NCBI GenBank assembly: GCA_963804995.1
Contig: CAWDSK010000002.1
Location: 704,001 to 768,000, forward strand
Direction of reading: 5' to 3'
From: an uncultured Acidobacteriota bacterium
Lineage (GTDB): Bacteria > Acidobacteriota > Terriglobia > UBA7540
DNA: 64,000 nucleotides
A program made the position numbers and the translations under genes. The notes beneath the pieces are model-generated. The model had not been told where the DNA came from. It did no database searches and saw only the letters and a program-made list of their open reading frames with translations. Position 1 is the first letter of the stretch, and every line of letters begins with the position of its first letter. This document shows, one piece after another, positions 8,958 to 19,786 of this stretch.

Positions 8958-11074
8958 CTACTGAAGCAGCTTCAGAACCGCTTGCTCGTTGGGTTGGCTT
9001 GCGCCAGGGCCGAAATACCGGTCTGTTCGAGGACCTGATACTTGGACATATTGGCAACGACCGTTCCAACGTTCGCGTCCTGCATGGAGCTTTGGGCGGA
9101 AGTCAGGTTTTGTATTTGCGTATTGATGACATTGGTCGCCGAATTCAACCGGTTAATGCCGGCGCCAATGGTGCCGCGCATGGCGGCCACGTCGGAGATG
9201 GCGGTATTGATGACCGTCAGCGCCGCCGCCGCACCCGTCGAGGTACCAAGGTTTTGGGCTGCGAGGCTGATGGCGTTACTGCCAATCTGGCCGGAAGAGA
9301 GCAACCCGACCTGAACCGTAATGGTGTTGAACAAAGGATTGGTGACCTTGCCATCACTGATGAAAACGCTGGCGCCGCCATTTCCGCTCATCGCGGGTGC
9401 CACGAAAGAGTCGGCGTTGCCACCCTCCAGGGGGTTGCCACCCGTATTCGCCACGTACCCCAGATTGACGTCGTTATTCGTGGCCGCAAGGTCGCCCCGG
9501 TTCTGGGCATCGTTGATCACCAACTGAGTTGTGGCCGCGGGTTCGGCGAGCGCACCCGTTACCGCCGTGGCAGATCCGGCTGCCGCAATGTTGCCGCTGT
9601 AACTAGAGTCCGTGACCTGCAGTTTTCCGCCACTGTCGAGGAAGGCGTGAAACGGAGTGCCGGAGGTGTTGATCGCATCGATCATTCCCTGCACCGTGTC
9701 ATTGCCAGCAGTGTTGAGGACGGAATCCTTAGTGGTAGCAGAGGCGGTATAAGTAAACGTATTGGGGTAAGTACCGTTTGCCTGCTGCGTGCCGCTGGTG
9801 ATGGTCAGGGTCTCGCCGTCGGTTATAGCCGTGGCGCCGGTCAAACTACCCGTTGCTCCCCGGAGTTGGTTCGGGTTGGACACCGACACCAAACTTGCCG
9901 TTACCCCGAGGCCGCTGGCGTTGATCCCGTTGATCAGATCCTGGACGGTGTTGGTCGCCGCCACCGTGCCCAATACGGCGGTCATGTTGTTGTTAGCAAC
10001 GGAAATGGCGCCATTAGAGCTGGTGACCTGGAAATTACCGGCCCCGGTGAGGGACGCCGTCATACCAAAACCGCTGTTGTTGATCGCGGTCATGAGGTCA
10101 CCCACGGTGTTCTGGGTTCCCGCCAGCGCACCCACGTCGGTTATGTTGGCGGCGCTCTGCGTAACGGTGACGTTACCGTTAGCCGCAGTACCCGCGATTT
10201 GGAGATGACCGCCGGCGTCGAGGTACGCCGAAATGCCCGCAGCGGCGCCCGTGGTGTTGATCGCGGTCAGGAGGGCGGCCACTTTGTCGCCAGCCGTAAA
10301 CGAGTAAGTCGCCGAGCCCGCACTATTGGTAACCGTGAGGCTATCGCCGGCGGTGAGTGCTGTCGCTTGGGTCAGTGCCGCAGTGGCCCCCGCGAATTTC
10401 AGCGTGGCAGCCGTGAAATTAACCGTACCACCGGTATTGGTAATACTGATTGTCTTGCCATTAGCGATAGTTGTGTTGGCCGTCAAACTGCCGGCGGTCC
10501 CGAGGAGGGTGGTGGCAGAGGCTCCTGCCGTATAGGTGTAAGCCGGGTTATTCCCCAACTGCACCGTCGTCGTGGTCCCCGCCGTCAAGAGACTATTGAC
10601 CCCCAGGTTGGCGGTGGCGCTGGTGGCGATTTCGTTGGGATTGGCGACGTTCGCGGCGGAAAAGACGGAGGTGCCGTTGAAATTCGTGGCTTGGCCAATG
10701 CGGTTGATTTCAGAGTTGATGGAGGAATATTCATTGGTGATCGCCGAGAATTGGGCGGGCGTAAGCCCGCCGTTGGCGGCTTCCGTAGCCAGGGTCACGG
10801 CGCGGTTGAGCAGCGTGGTGACCTGGGAGAGCGCGCCGTCGGCGACTTGCAGTTGGCCGACGCCGGCCGTGGCGTTCTGCGATGACTGCTGAAGGGCGGA
10901 AATGTTGGCCTGCAACCCGTTGACGATGGACAGTCCGGCCGGATCGTCAGCGCCGCTGTTGATCCGCGATCCTGACGACAATTGGAACAGGGTGTTTTGC
11001 AGGTTGTTGTTGGTGACTTGTAACTGGTTCTGGGCTACCAAGGAAGGGATGTTGTTCAAAACGCTTAGTGCCAT
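8958..11074 (-). CDS. fliC: Flagellin (~700 aa) with a large variable region; frameshift in the last ~12 codons
   Basis: LSSGSRINSGADDPAGLSI, QLQVADGAL, RGTIGAGINRL, QDANVG; the true end ...EQAVLKLLQ* is in an adjacent frame with its stop at 8958. Confidence 0.95.
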
Positions 11075-11201
11075 GCTAGTGCTCCTTTTAGTTTAGGTTT
11101 CCGTCTTGGGTCGCAGAACCTGGGGCCTTTGCGGTGCGCCATCCCTAGAGCCGGTGGTTCTTCTTTCCACCTGACGGAACCGATTCTCAGTCCAATGACC
11201 C

Positions 11202-11228
11202 CTATCGGCACTCGCGCCAAAACCTTAA
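11202..11228 (-). promoter_or_regulatory. Sigma-28 promoter of fliC
   Basis: TTAAGGTT-N11-GCCGATAG about 130 nt upstream of fliC. Confidence 0.7.
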
Positions 11229-11380
11229 TCGCGGAGGGGCATTTTTAGCGGGTTTTGGCGCGGATGGGCGGCCGGCGGGAGGTCTCCATCCTTCTCTTTC
11301 CATCCTAGCCTATAATCTGAGCCTCCTGCGAATTTGCAAGATTGCCCCTGTGGCATGAAGGGGTTGGCGGTGGCTGTCTC

Positions 11381-11523
11381 GTAGCGCGGTCCTCCGTCGT
11401 TGGGGTCCGCGGCTCTTCCTTTGAAGAATCCACAAATCTCAAAGACGGGCGGCATTGCCACGACACATTCGCTCACATTGCGCAGGAAGAACCGCGGACC
11501 TCAACGGCGGAGGTCCGCGCTAC
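11381..11523. repeat. REP-like inverted doublet (GTAGCGCGG...CCGCGCTAC)
   Basis: GTAGCGCGGTCCTCCGTCGTTGGGGTCCGCGGCTCTTCCT ... AGGAAGAACCGCGGACCTCAACGGCGGAGGTCCGCGCTAC; another copy of one arm at 27287..27324. Confidence 0.8.
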
Positions 11524-11730
11524 GAGGGCTCGATCGCGCGGTGGTGCCCCAACCCCCGGCTAAAGTTTCTCCCTGCAAACGAGATATTAAGGATGGAGGG
11601 CGGGCCCGCTCCGGCCGGTCAAGGAAGAGATTCCTTAACTATGGCTGGAGTGAAGGGTGCCCGTTCCACTGGGTTTTGAACGATCGGCTGGCAAGGCTTG
11701 CGTGCTCAGCGAGGATGTCTCACTTTTAGA

Positions 11731-11780
11731 ACTCCCCTCCTCAGATGAGGAGGGGTGGCGCGCTGAGCGACGGGGTGGTG
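11731..11780. repeat. Short palindromic element CCCCTCCTCA-GA-TGAGGAGGGG
   Basis: Perfect 10-bp hairpin followed by GGGGTGGT. Confidence 0.55.
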
Positions 11781-11851
11781 TTGAACAGCGCTCAAGGAGC
11801 GGTTCGCGAACCGGCCCTACTTTAGTCTTGCATTTGGCGTGAGGTAAGGCT

Positions 11852-13637
11852 GTGTCCAGGCAAATGACCCAAGTCCGGAAGGTTTTGAAAGAAGGCATCA
11901 AGCACCGACCTGCGTGGCGCAGGGGGCCGCCGGAACGGAACCGGATTCTCAAGCCTGACCTGGACTGCGCCCCGGCGCCCCAGAGGCTAAGCGGGGCAGC
12001 TCTCGCAGCGGGCCAAGTTCAAAAATCCAGTCAGGAGTTGGGGGAGGCTCTCGCCCTCCATCCCGACGATCCCGAAACGTTGGGCAAGCTGGCGGAGTCG
12101 TGACTGGGCCAGGGTGAGCTTGAACAAGCTGCGGGTCATTTCCGGCGCCTGGAGGAATTGTGTCCCCAATCGGCGCGAGCGCATACCAGCCTCGCCCTGA
12201 CGGAGGAACGGCTGGGAAATTTGCGGGCCGCTGCCGATGCTTACCGGCAGGCGCTGGCTCTTGAACCTGGTTCTCCTGTGGCATACTGCCAACTGGCCAT
12301 TGTTCTACGCCAATTGGACGGTCTGCCTGAGGCGCTCAGGCTTGCGGAAGATGCCGTGGCCCTCGATCCCGCCCGCTTCGAAACCTACAACACCCTGGGC
12401 ATCGTGCTCACCGACATGAATAACCTGGTGGCGGCGAGTCAGGCTTTCCAGTGTTCTGTCGCACTTAAACCCGACTCCGCCCTGACCGCAGTCGACCTGG
12501 GATACTTCTTCGTCAAATGCGGAGAAATACCGGCCGCGGCAGACGCGTACCGTTGTGCGGTCAAGCTCGATCCCCTTCTGTTCGTCGCGCACCTTCGGCT
12601 GGGAACCGCCCTCACCCAATTGGGTGACCGGGCGGGGGCGTGGGAGTGTTACGAACGGGCGCGAGCCTTAAGCCCAACCTCCAGTGAGGTCATCACTTAC
12701 CTGGGACTCTTGCATTTGTCCGAGGGTAACTTCGCGAGGGGCTGGGACGAATTCGACCATCGCGAGAAGCGCCCGTCGCGCCCGGCGAAGGTTCCGCCAG
12801 CCCCAATGGAAGGGTGAGGCACTCGAAGGCGCTCGCATTTTCCTGCACGCCGAACAAGGTATGGGGGACGCCTTGCAGTGCGTTCGGTATGTTCCCCTGG
12901 TGGCGGCGCGGGGAGGGGAAGTCGTATTGGGGGTCCAGAGGAGGCTGCATCGCCTGCTGGCAGCAACTGAGGGGGCGCGGCAAGTCATCCGCGATAGCGA
13001 GCGACCCATGGAGTTTAGTTGGCACTGTCCCCTGCTCAGTCTGCCTCTGGCCTTCGCCACGGATTCGACCACCATCCCGGCCAGAATCCCCTAAATCCAT
13101 CCAGACGCCGCGCAGGTGGAGGCCTGGAGGCAACGGCTGCAAGGGAATTCGCTGCGCATCGGGCTGGCCTGGGGGGGCAACCCGAATTATCCTCATGATC
13201 TCTGGCGCTCCATGCGGCTAGAACAGCTCGCGCCGTTGACCCATCTGGAAGGTGCAGCCTTTTACTCGCTGCAGGTGGGGCCGGCGGCCGCGCAAGTGAA
13301 ACAGTTGGGAACTCAGGTGCATTTAATCGATCTCCAGGACGAACAGAAGGACTTTGCCGACACGGCGGCCATTGTCGCGAGTCTCGACCTGGTGATTTCT
13401 GTTGATACCTCGGTGGCCCATCTCGCCGGGGCCATGGGCAAGCCCGTCTGGATCCTGTTAAACAATTCGCCGGATTGGCGCTGGATGCTCGACCGCGAGG
13501 ATAGCCCCTGGTACCCCACGGCGCGCCTGTTTCGCCAATCCACGTTTGGGAATTGGCAGGATGTGGTGGCACGCGTTGAGCGGGAACTACGCGAGTTGGT
13601 GGTAAGAACCGGTGGCGCGGCACGCGACGGACCCTGA
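11852..13637 (+). CDS. TPR-repeat protein with a C-terminal glycosyltransferase-like (GT-B) domain; several frameshifts
   Basis: TPR helices; W.GE.L.G.RIFLHAEQGMGD; LLSLP; RIGLAWGGNP; DFADTAAIVASLDLVISVDTSVAHLAGAMGKPVW; DWRW...SPWYPTARLFRQ; four in-order fragments. Confidence 0.8.
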
Positions 13638-13877
13638 AAGCATGAAACGCGCGGGCGGAGTAAATCACAGACCCGGCTGACTTCACTTTCCACCGTCATT
13701 AGAATGCACTAAAGCAGGCGGGAAATGCCGCCGGCCAACCGCGCCCGGGCGCGCCCATCTCTCATGGGTTTGCTCATTCCGGGCTTGGCAACGGAAGTCC
13801 TTCGGGTAATCTGACCTTAGAAATCACAAAGATTTTGTGGGGAGGCGGATATGTCTGCCCAAATGCCCGCTCGCGAC

Positions 13878-13904
13878 GAAAGTGTGCAGAAGATTTGCCG
13901 ATGT
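13878..13904 (+). promoter_or_regulatory. Possible sigma-28 promoter of flbD-motAB
   Basis: GAAAGTGT-N11-GCCGATGT. Confidence 0.45.
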
Positions 13905-13973
13905 ATTAATGCGGGACAGCCTCGCCCGTCTAAACCAGTGAGGTGTGGGTGTGGCCCCAAGGACTCAGCCGTC

Positions 13974-14225
13974 ATGATCAAACTGACGCGACTCAACAAT
14001 CGGCCATTGGTCGTGAACTCGGAGTTGATCAAGTTCATCGAGAACGCGCCCGACACGGTCATCACACTGATTACCGGTGAAAAGCTGGTGGTCCTGGAAA
14101 CTGCCGAGGAAATAATGGACCAGATCGTCGAGTACCGTCGGCGAATCCTGGCGCCGCCTGCGAGCGTTCCGCCTCTGGAGGCTCCCCGCGAGCGACCGGA
14201 GAATCTGACTGAAGACGAGAAATAA
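13974..14225 (+). CDS. flbD: Flagellar FlbD/SwrD family protein
   Basis: MIKLTRLNNRPLVVNSELIKFIENAPDTVITLITGEK; immediately upstream of motA. Confidence 0.9.
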   Translation: MIKLTRLNNRPLVVNSELIKFIENAPDTVITLITGEKLVVLETAEEIMDQIVEYRRRILAPPASVPPLEAPRERPENLTEDEK

Positions 14226-14237
14226 GGGACGGGAGAC

Positions 14238-15017
14238 GTGGACAAGAGCAGCGTAGGAGGTGTGGTCCTCGCGATAGGAGGCATTCTCGCCGGCCTGCTG
14301 TTGGAAGGTGGGAAGCTGATGCAGATTATTCAGCCCACGGCCGCGATGATTGTCTTTGGGGGTACCATCGGCGCGGTCATGCTGCAGTTTCCTCTCCCCG
14401 TGGTGCTGGCCAGTTTCAAGCGCTTAGCCTCGGTCTTTCTCGATTCCCAAAAAGACGCGCAAAAGCTGGTTAAACAGATTGTGGGGTTTGCTGACAAGGC
14501 TCGCAAGGAGGGCATTGTCTCCCTGGACCGCGAACTCGTGAACATCCCCGAACCCTTCCTGCGCAAATCCCTGATGCTGGCGGTGGACGGCACCGAACCC
14601 CAGGAGTTACGCAAAATGATGGAGCTCGAACTCGACAACCAGGCCGACCACGAGGAGCGTATTCCCCAGGTTTTCGAGGCGGCGGGCGGCTTTTCTCCCA
14701 CTATTGGCATCCTCGGCGCCGTTCTTGGACTCATCCAGGTGATGCAACACCTGGACAACATTGATGAGGTAGGGAGGGGAATCGCCGTGGCGTTTGTCGC
14801 CACGATTTACGGCGTGGGCGCGGCGAACCTGTTCTTCCTACCCGCGGCGGGCAAACTGAAAATCCGTATCCGGAACGAACAACAGATGCGCGAGATGATG
14901 CTGGAAGGGATCATTTCCGTTCTGGAAGGCCTGAACCCGCGTATGGTCGAAACCAAGTTGCAGGGCTTTCTAGCCCACGCTCCCGGCGAGGAGAAGCCCC
15001 CGGAGCCCGCCTCATGA
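14238..15017 (+). CDS. motA: Flagellar stator protein MotA
   Basis: AAMIVFGGT, ARKEGIVSL, GGFSPTIGILGAVLGLI, AFVATIYG. Confidence 0.95.
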   Translation: MDKSSVGGVVLAIGGILAGLLLEGGKLMQIIQPTAAMIVFGGTIGAVMLQFPLPVVLASFKRLASVFLDSQKDAQKLVKQIVGFADKARKEGIVSLDRELVNIPEPFLRKSLMLAVDGTEPQELRKMMELELDNQADHEERIPQVFEAAGGFSPTIGILGAVLGLIQVMQHLDNIDEVGRGIAVAFVATIYGVGAANLFFLPAAGKLKIRIRNEQQMREMMLEGIISVLEGLNPRMVETKLQGFLAHAPGEEKPPEPAS

Positions 15018-15772
15018 GGCGAAAGAAAAAAGACGGCAGTCACGTCAGCCACGAACGTTGGCTGGTTTCCTACGCGGACTTCATCACCCTGATGTTTGCG
15101 TTCTTCGTAGTAATGTTTGCTTCCTCACAAGTGGACAAGCATAAGGCCGTAAAGCTAGCGGCGGCCATCGAGGATGCCTTCCAAGGGATGGGGATTTTCC
15201 AGACGGGAAATTCCCGGTCTCCCCTGGTCACCGCCGACCTCGCACCTGCGGAAAACGTACAAATCATCCCGCACAAAGAGTTGGCGGGTTTGAAAAAGCA
15301 GCTTGAAGGGGCCCTGGCGCCGGAACTAAAGCGTCACGAGGTGGCGCTGACCGCCGGACATGATGGTCTGATTATCAGCCTGCGTGAAATCGGATTCTTC
15401 GACAGCGGCTCGGCGCAGCTACGACCCACCTCCGAAGCCACAGTCCGGCGTATTGCGGAGGCCTTGGCAGCTCAGCCTAACAACATTCGCATTGAAGGCC
15501 ACACGGACAATGTTCCCATTCACAACGACCACTTCGCCTCCAATTGGGAACTCTCCACCGCCCGCGCTACGGAAATGGTCAAAGTCTTCATCACCCAGTA
15601 TAGCTTTCCTCCCGTGCGCCTTTCGGCGGGCGGATACGCGGAGTTCCATCCCGCGGCGACGAACAAGACGGATGAGGGGCGCGCCCTGAACAGGCGCGTG
15701 GACATCGTCGTGCTGGCTTCTGCCCCGGCACAGATTGCCGAAGACCCGCCGTCGGCTGTGTCAGCTCGTTGA
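15014..15772 (+). CDS. motB: Flagellar stator protein MotB
   Basis: WLVSYADFITLMFAFF; OmpA-like EGHTDN...NWELSTARA...NRRVDI. Confidence 0.95.
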   Translation: MRRKKKDGSHVSHERWLVSYADFITLMFAFFVVMFASSQVDKHKAVKLAAAIEDAFQGMGIFQTGNSRSPLVTADLAPAENVQIIPHKELAGLKKQLEGALAPELKRHEVALTAGHDGLIISLREIGFFDSGSAQLRPTSEATVRRIAEALAAQPNNIRIEGHTDNVPIHNDHFASNWELSTARATEMVKVFITQYSFPPVRLSAGGYAEFHPAATNKTDEGRALNRRVDIVVLASAPAQIAEDPPSAVSAR

Positions 15773-15874
15773 GCCCGTCCTGGTTAGAGTCTCAGGCAAG
15801 GGGGGCGACACCTTTTTCCTCATGATGAGGAGGGTTGTGGCCGATAGGTTAAGGGAGGTTCAACTAGGCCTATC

Positions 15875-16768
15875 ATGACCCCTACTCTTCGAGAGCTGAT
15901 CCGCGAACGCGTGGAGAAGTTGAACTCCATCCCCACCGTTCCCGCCATCATTCGACCCCTCCTCCATTACCTCGAGCGGTCGGTCGATCAGATTGAAGTG
16001 CGCCGCATTGTGGACCTGGTTTCGTGCGACGAGTCGATTTCCGCACAGTGTCTGCGCGTGGCGAATTCGGCCCTGTTTTTCCGCTCCCGCGAGGTTAACT
16101 CCGTGCATGGCGCTGTCGTCGTGCTGGGGGTGCGGCAAATCCGCGAAATCCTGCTTTCCTGCAGTCTGCTCAATCTTTTGCCCAAGGACAGTTGGGTCAT
16201 CGAACCGCTGACCTTCTGGGAGCACTCGCTGGCTTGCGCGCTGGTGGGCCGCTATTGCGCACGCAAGGTTCGGTTCCGTGAGCCGGATCGCGCCTATCTG
16301 GCTGGACTGCTGCATGACCTCGGCGAGCTCGTGAACATGCTCTCGTTCCAGGAGGAGTTCCGGGCCGCGGCGCATCTGGCGCGCTCCGAAAAAATCCCTC
16401 TGCATAAGGCCGAGTATGCAGCTTTGGGTTTCACCCACTGCGACACGGGCAGAATCCTCGCCGACCATTGGCGGTTGCCCGAAGACATCACGGAAGTCGT
16501 GGAGCACCACCATGATGTTCAGCAGGCGAAGCTTCATCCCGTCCTGGTGGCGATCGTCGGCTTGAGTGATAGCCTCTGCGACCATAACGAGTTAGGTTAC
16601 TGTACGGAGGCGCCTTCCGACTGGAAACTGGAGAATGACCCAGCCTGGGCAATCCTGACCAGGGAATATCCCATGCTCGCTCAGACGGAGCCCGAGCGCT
16701 TCCTCTCCGACATGGAAGAGTTTATCGCTGAAGCCCGGAAACTCGTTCGCTCGATCCTGCGGAATTGA
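15875..16768 (+). CDS. HDOD domain protein
   Basis: LRVANSA, AVVVLG, FWEHSLACA, AGLLHDLG, GFTHCDTG..LADHWRLP. Confidence 0.9.
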   Translation: MTPTLRELIRERVEKLNSIPTVPAIIRPLLHYLERSVDQIEVRRIVDLVSCDESISAQCLRVANSALFFRSREVNSVHGAVVVLGVRQIREILLSCSLLNLLPKDSWVIEPLTFWEHSLACALVGRYCARKVRFREPDRAYLAGLLHDLGELVNMLSFQEEFRAAAHLARSEKIPLHKAEYAALGFTHCDTGRILADHWRLPEDITEVVEHHHDVQQAKLHPVLVAIVGLSDSLCDHNELGYCTEAPSDWKLENDPAWAILTREYPMLAQTEPERFLSDMEEFIAEARKLVRSILRN

Positions 16769-17071
16769 CGCCCGCGCACCAGGCGGGACATCCCACCCCG
16801 CCGCAGACCATGAAAATGCTGGTAAGCAAATGCCGGGGCTGCCCCACCGGCGGCCACGCACCACCCTTATCGTGGCGGGGTTGATTAGAGGAACGAGAAG
16901 CGCAGATCGGCGTCTCCCTCTTCCTGGCCGTCCGGGAAACACCTGAGCTTACGATGGGAAATCTGACCCACGAAGGAGCAGGTCCAGCAAGGTAACCGCG
17001 TGGCTCGCCTTATGGCGCGAGGACCCTGCGGGGGAGGAATTGACCGGGTTAGGCTTCCAGGCCCTCGCCTT

Positions 17072-17431
17072 TTAGGCGCTGGTGGCTTTCTGGAAGCTGG
17101 CGATCGCTTTGGCCTCGTCGTCGTGGACGTCAAAAACCGTATAGAGCTTCGTGATCTGCAAGAGGTCGTGAACTTTCTTGGTCAGGTTCAGGAGCTTTAA
17201 GGATCCGCCTTGCTTTGCGACACCGGTGAAACCGCTGACCAACTCGCCGATCCCCGAACTGTCGATGTAAGTTACGTCGGCAAGGTTCAACAGAATATTC
17301 TTGTTGCCTTTGCTCAATTGGTCGCGGATCAACTCCCGCAATTGCGTACACCCTTCTCCCAGGGTGATCCTGCCGCTGACATCGACAACCGTCACTGAAT
17401 CAACTTGTCGAATTGTGGCTTTCATGCTCAC
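17072..17431 (-). CDS. STAS-domain anti-anti-sigma factor (RsbV/SpoIIAA-like)
   Basis: LLNLADVTYIDSSGIGELV...LLQITKLYTVF. Confidence 0.92.
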   Translation of the reverse strand: MSMKATIRQVDSVTVVDVSGRITLGEGCTQLRELIRDQLSKGNKNILLNLADVTYIDSSGIGELVSGFTGVAKQGGSLKLLNLTKKVHDLLQITKLYTVFDVHDDEAKAIASFQKATSA

Positions 17432-17885
17432 GGTCGGTTCCTCCTTGTTTTGACTGGATTCCGGAACTTAGGCGTTTGACCATGGTCACTTCGGTCCCCA
17501 AACCGTTGATGTGCTCCACGCGGAACTCGTCCATGAAGCTGCGGATCAAAAAGACCCCTCTCCCGGACACGTTCAGCAGGTTCTCCTGCGCCAGCGGATT
17601 GGGAACGTGGTTCGGATCAAAGCCGCTACCCTGGTCCCGGATGCGAATCTCCAAACGGTCGCGATGGATTTGAAACCGCAACCAGACGGTCTTGCTCGAA
17701 TCATTTTTATTGCCGTGCCAAATGGCGTTGATCATTGACTCGTGCACGGACATCTCGATGCGACGCTGTTCGTCCTCGTCGAATCCTGCCGTGCCCGCTA
17801 CCCGGCGAGAGATCTCCTCCGCCACCTCGACATTCTTGAGGTCACTCTCCAAGGTCACTTCCACGACGCTGCTTTCAGGAGTCAT
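17400..17885 (-). CDS. Anti-sigma factor Ser/Thr kinase (RsbW-like)
   Basis: HESMINAIWHGN, IRDQGSGFD, SGRGVFLIRSFMD. Confidence 0.9.
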   Translation of the reverse strand: MTPESSVVEVTLESDLKNVEVAEEISRRVAGTAGFDEDEQRRIEMSVHESMINAIWHGNKNDSSKTVWLRFQIHRDRLEIRIRDQGSGFDPNHVPNPLAQENLLNVSGRGVFLIRSFMDEFRVEHINGLGTEVTMVKRLSSGIQSKQGGTDREHESHNSTS

Positions 17886-18316
17886 AGGGTACGGGAAGGG
17901 CCACCTGGCCCATTTGTGAAATTAACCCAGGGGTGTGGGAAAGTCAATGATCGCGTGGACTTTCTCACTACCTCTTCCCCCCATTTCTCATTCTCCATTT
18001 CTTCCCACAGTGCTGATTAATGGTTCAGAGCCTCGCCGCGGGCCTTTCCAGCCGCGAGGGCGCTGGAGTAGCACAACCTCCATCACCAGGATCCAAGCCG
18101 CCTGGTTCACTAACGGGCGAAGAGAATAATCGAAGCCCCTCACGGCGTCAATGAATTACCAGAGGTGTGAACCGGAGTGCCTTGACCCTCCGACGAATCC
18201 CACTGGACCCAGACGCGATTTCGGTACAATGGGGCCGGCAACCCGTAGGCTGTGACGCACCCGGTAGTGCGTCGCGGCGCCCTGCCGGCCGGGGCCTGAA
18301 AGGAGATAGAAGTCGC

Positions 18317-19075
18317 ATGTTCCTGATGAAAAAGATTGTCTCTCGCTTCCTCTTCCCCCTTCCATTTTCTTTAGAGGTCATATGTGTGGGGTTATATCTA
18401 GTCTGGTTTACGCGTAAGCAGCGGGCCGGAAAAATCGTGATCACTTTCGGAGTCCTGCTGCTCACGGCGCTGAGTTACCGCTTCACCTCGGATGGGCTCG
18501 TGCGCGTGCTGGAGCGGCGCTACCCGGCCTATATCGTAGCGTCACGCGCCGAGATCCCCACCTCTACCGCACCTTTCATCGCGGTGTTGGGAGGACATGC
18601 GAACCTTGACCCGGCAGTTCCTGTCACCAGCCACATTTCCTCCTCCCTGCTGGCCCGCTTGGCGGAAGGGATACGCCTTTACCACCAAACTCCCGGCAGC
18701 AAACTCATCCTTTCCGGGTATTCCGGGTCGGCGGAAGGCATGTCAAGCATCGCCCAGGCACTCGGCGTCAACCCGCAGGACATTCTGCTGACGCCCGAGC
18801 CGCGTGACACCGAGGAAGAGGCACGCCGGATTAGTAGCCTCGCCGGAAAAGCGCCCCTTATCCTGGTCACGTCCGCCATCCACATGCCGCGCGCCATGGG
18901 ACTGTTTAGAAAACTGGGCGTCGAGCCGCAGCCCGCCCCTGCTGACTATCTTGCCCCTCAGTATCCACTGGAGACCGACAACCTCTTTCCCAATGCCGCG
19001 CAGCTTAACAAGTCGCAAATCGCCATCTACGAGATCCTGGGCTTGGCCTGGGGGAAATTGCGGGGAAAGATTTGA
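18317..19075 (+). CDS. YdcF/ElyC (DUF218) envelope biogenesis protein
   Basis: Two N-terminal TM segments, IAVLGG, RLAEG, LILSG, RDTEEEA, LVTSAIHMPRA, YEILG. Confidence 0.88.
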   Translation: MFLMKKIVSRFLFPLPFSLEVICVGLYLVWFTRKQRAGKIVITFGVLLLTALSYRFTSDGLVRVLERRYPAYIVASRAEIPTSTAPFIAVLGGHANLDPAVPVTSHISSSLLARLAEGIRLYHQTPGSKLILSGYSGSAEGMSSIAQALGVNPQDILLTPEPRDTEEEARRISSLAGKAPLILVTSAIHMPRAMGLFRKLGVEPQPAPADYLAPQYPLETDNLFPNAAQLNKSQIAIYEILGLAWGKLRGKI

Positions 19076-19786
19076 GCCAAGATCGCACAAGCCTGCGAGT
19101 CGCCCCGCGAAATGAAAATGCGCCGGGGCTTTCCTCTCTTTGACAAGGAGAGCGTGGGCGGTCGGGGCAGCGACAACCGCTAAGAGTTTGGCGGGCGCGC
19201 TATCAGTTACCGTCGGCCCGCGAGCCGTGCCGTCGCATGATGGAGCGCCAAAACCCGGCGCTGTGGATCTATTTTTGCTCACTTCCCTGCCTTCCTCTGC
19301 CGATAAACGATGCGGAGGAGTGTGGGCGGCCGGGGTGGTGATGACCACTGAGAGTTGCACAGTCGCGCTGTCATTTGCCGTGGGCCCGGGGGCCGTGCCG
19401 TTGAATGATGGTGCTCCAGGATCCGTCACGGCGGGACAATCTTTACTCACTTCGTTGCCTCCCTCCGCCGATAGACGATGTAGGGGAGTGTGGGCCGCCG
19501 GCGCAGGAGATTCAGGGATTCCTCGGAGATCAGGCGCGCAATCGTTTGTCGTCGCAAAAACGGTTAGCACTGCGTCAAGTTCTGTTGTGGTGTGACCATT
19601 TTTACTCACTTCGCTGTCTCCATCTGCCGATAAACGATGCGGGGGAGTGTGGGCCGCCGGCGCAGGAAAATCAGTGCGAGTTCGGAGATCGGGCGGATGG
19701 CCGCTTGGCGTCATGACTGCGGCCAGATCTGCGTCAATACCTGGCGCTGTGAAGCCATTTTTTCTCACTTCCCTGCTTGCCCCCAT
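18743..19786 (-). CDS. Hypothetical protein with four 53-56-aa tandem repeats; the 3' part overlaps the YdcF gene and is doubtful
   Basis: AAHTP(P/L)HRLSA(D/E)xxxEVSK three times plus a partial copy; DNA repeat periods 168, 159, 159 bp; GGAAGGGG before ATG 19786. Confidence 0.4.
   Translation of the reverse strand: MGASREVRKNGFTAPGIDADLAAVMTPSGHPPDLRTRTDFPAPAAHTPPHRLSADGDSEVSKNGHTTTELDAVLTVFATTNDCAPDLRGIPESPAPAAHTPLHRLSAEGGNEVSKDCPAVTDPGAPSFNGTAPGPTANDSATVQLSVVITTPAAHTPPHRLSAEEGREVSKNRSTAPGFGAPSCDGTARGPTVTDSAPAKLLAVVAAPTAHALLVKERKAPAHFHFAGRLAGLCDLGSNLSPQFPPGQAQDLVDGDLRLVKLRGIGKEVVGLQWILRGKIVSRGGLRLDAQFSKQSHGARHVDGGRDQDKGRFSGEATNPACLFLGVTRLGRQQNVLRVDAECLGDA

Noticed and set aside
8999..10885. 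628-aa plus-strand ORF
   Set aside because: Antisense shadow of fliC, with no protein motifs of its own.
19295..19640. GCCGATAA/G in each long repeat as sigma-28 promoters
   Set aside because: No TAAA-like -35 at the right spacing; explained by the repeated LSA codons on the other strand.
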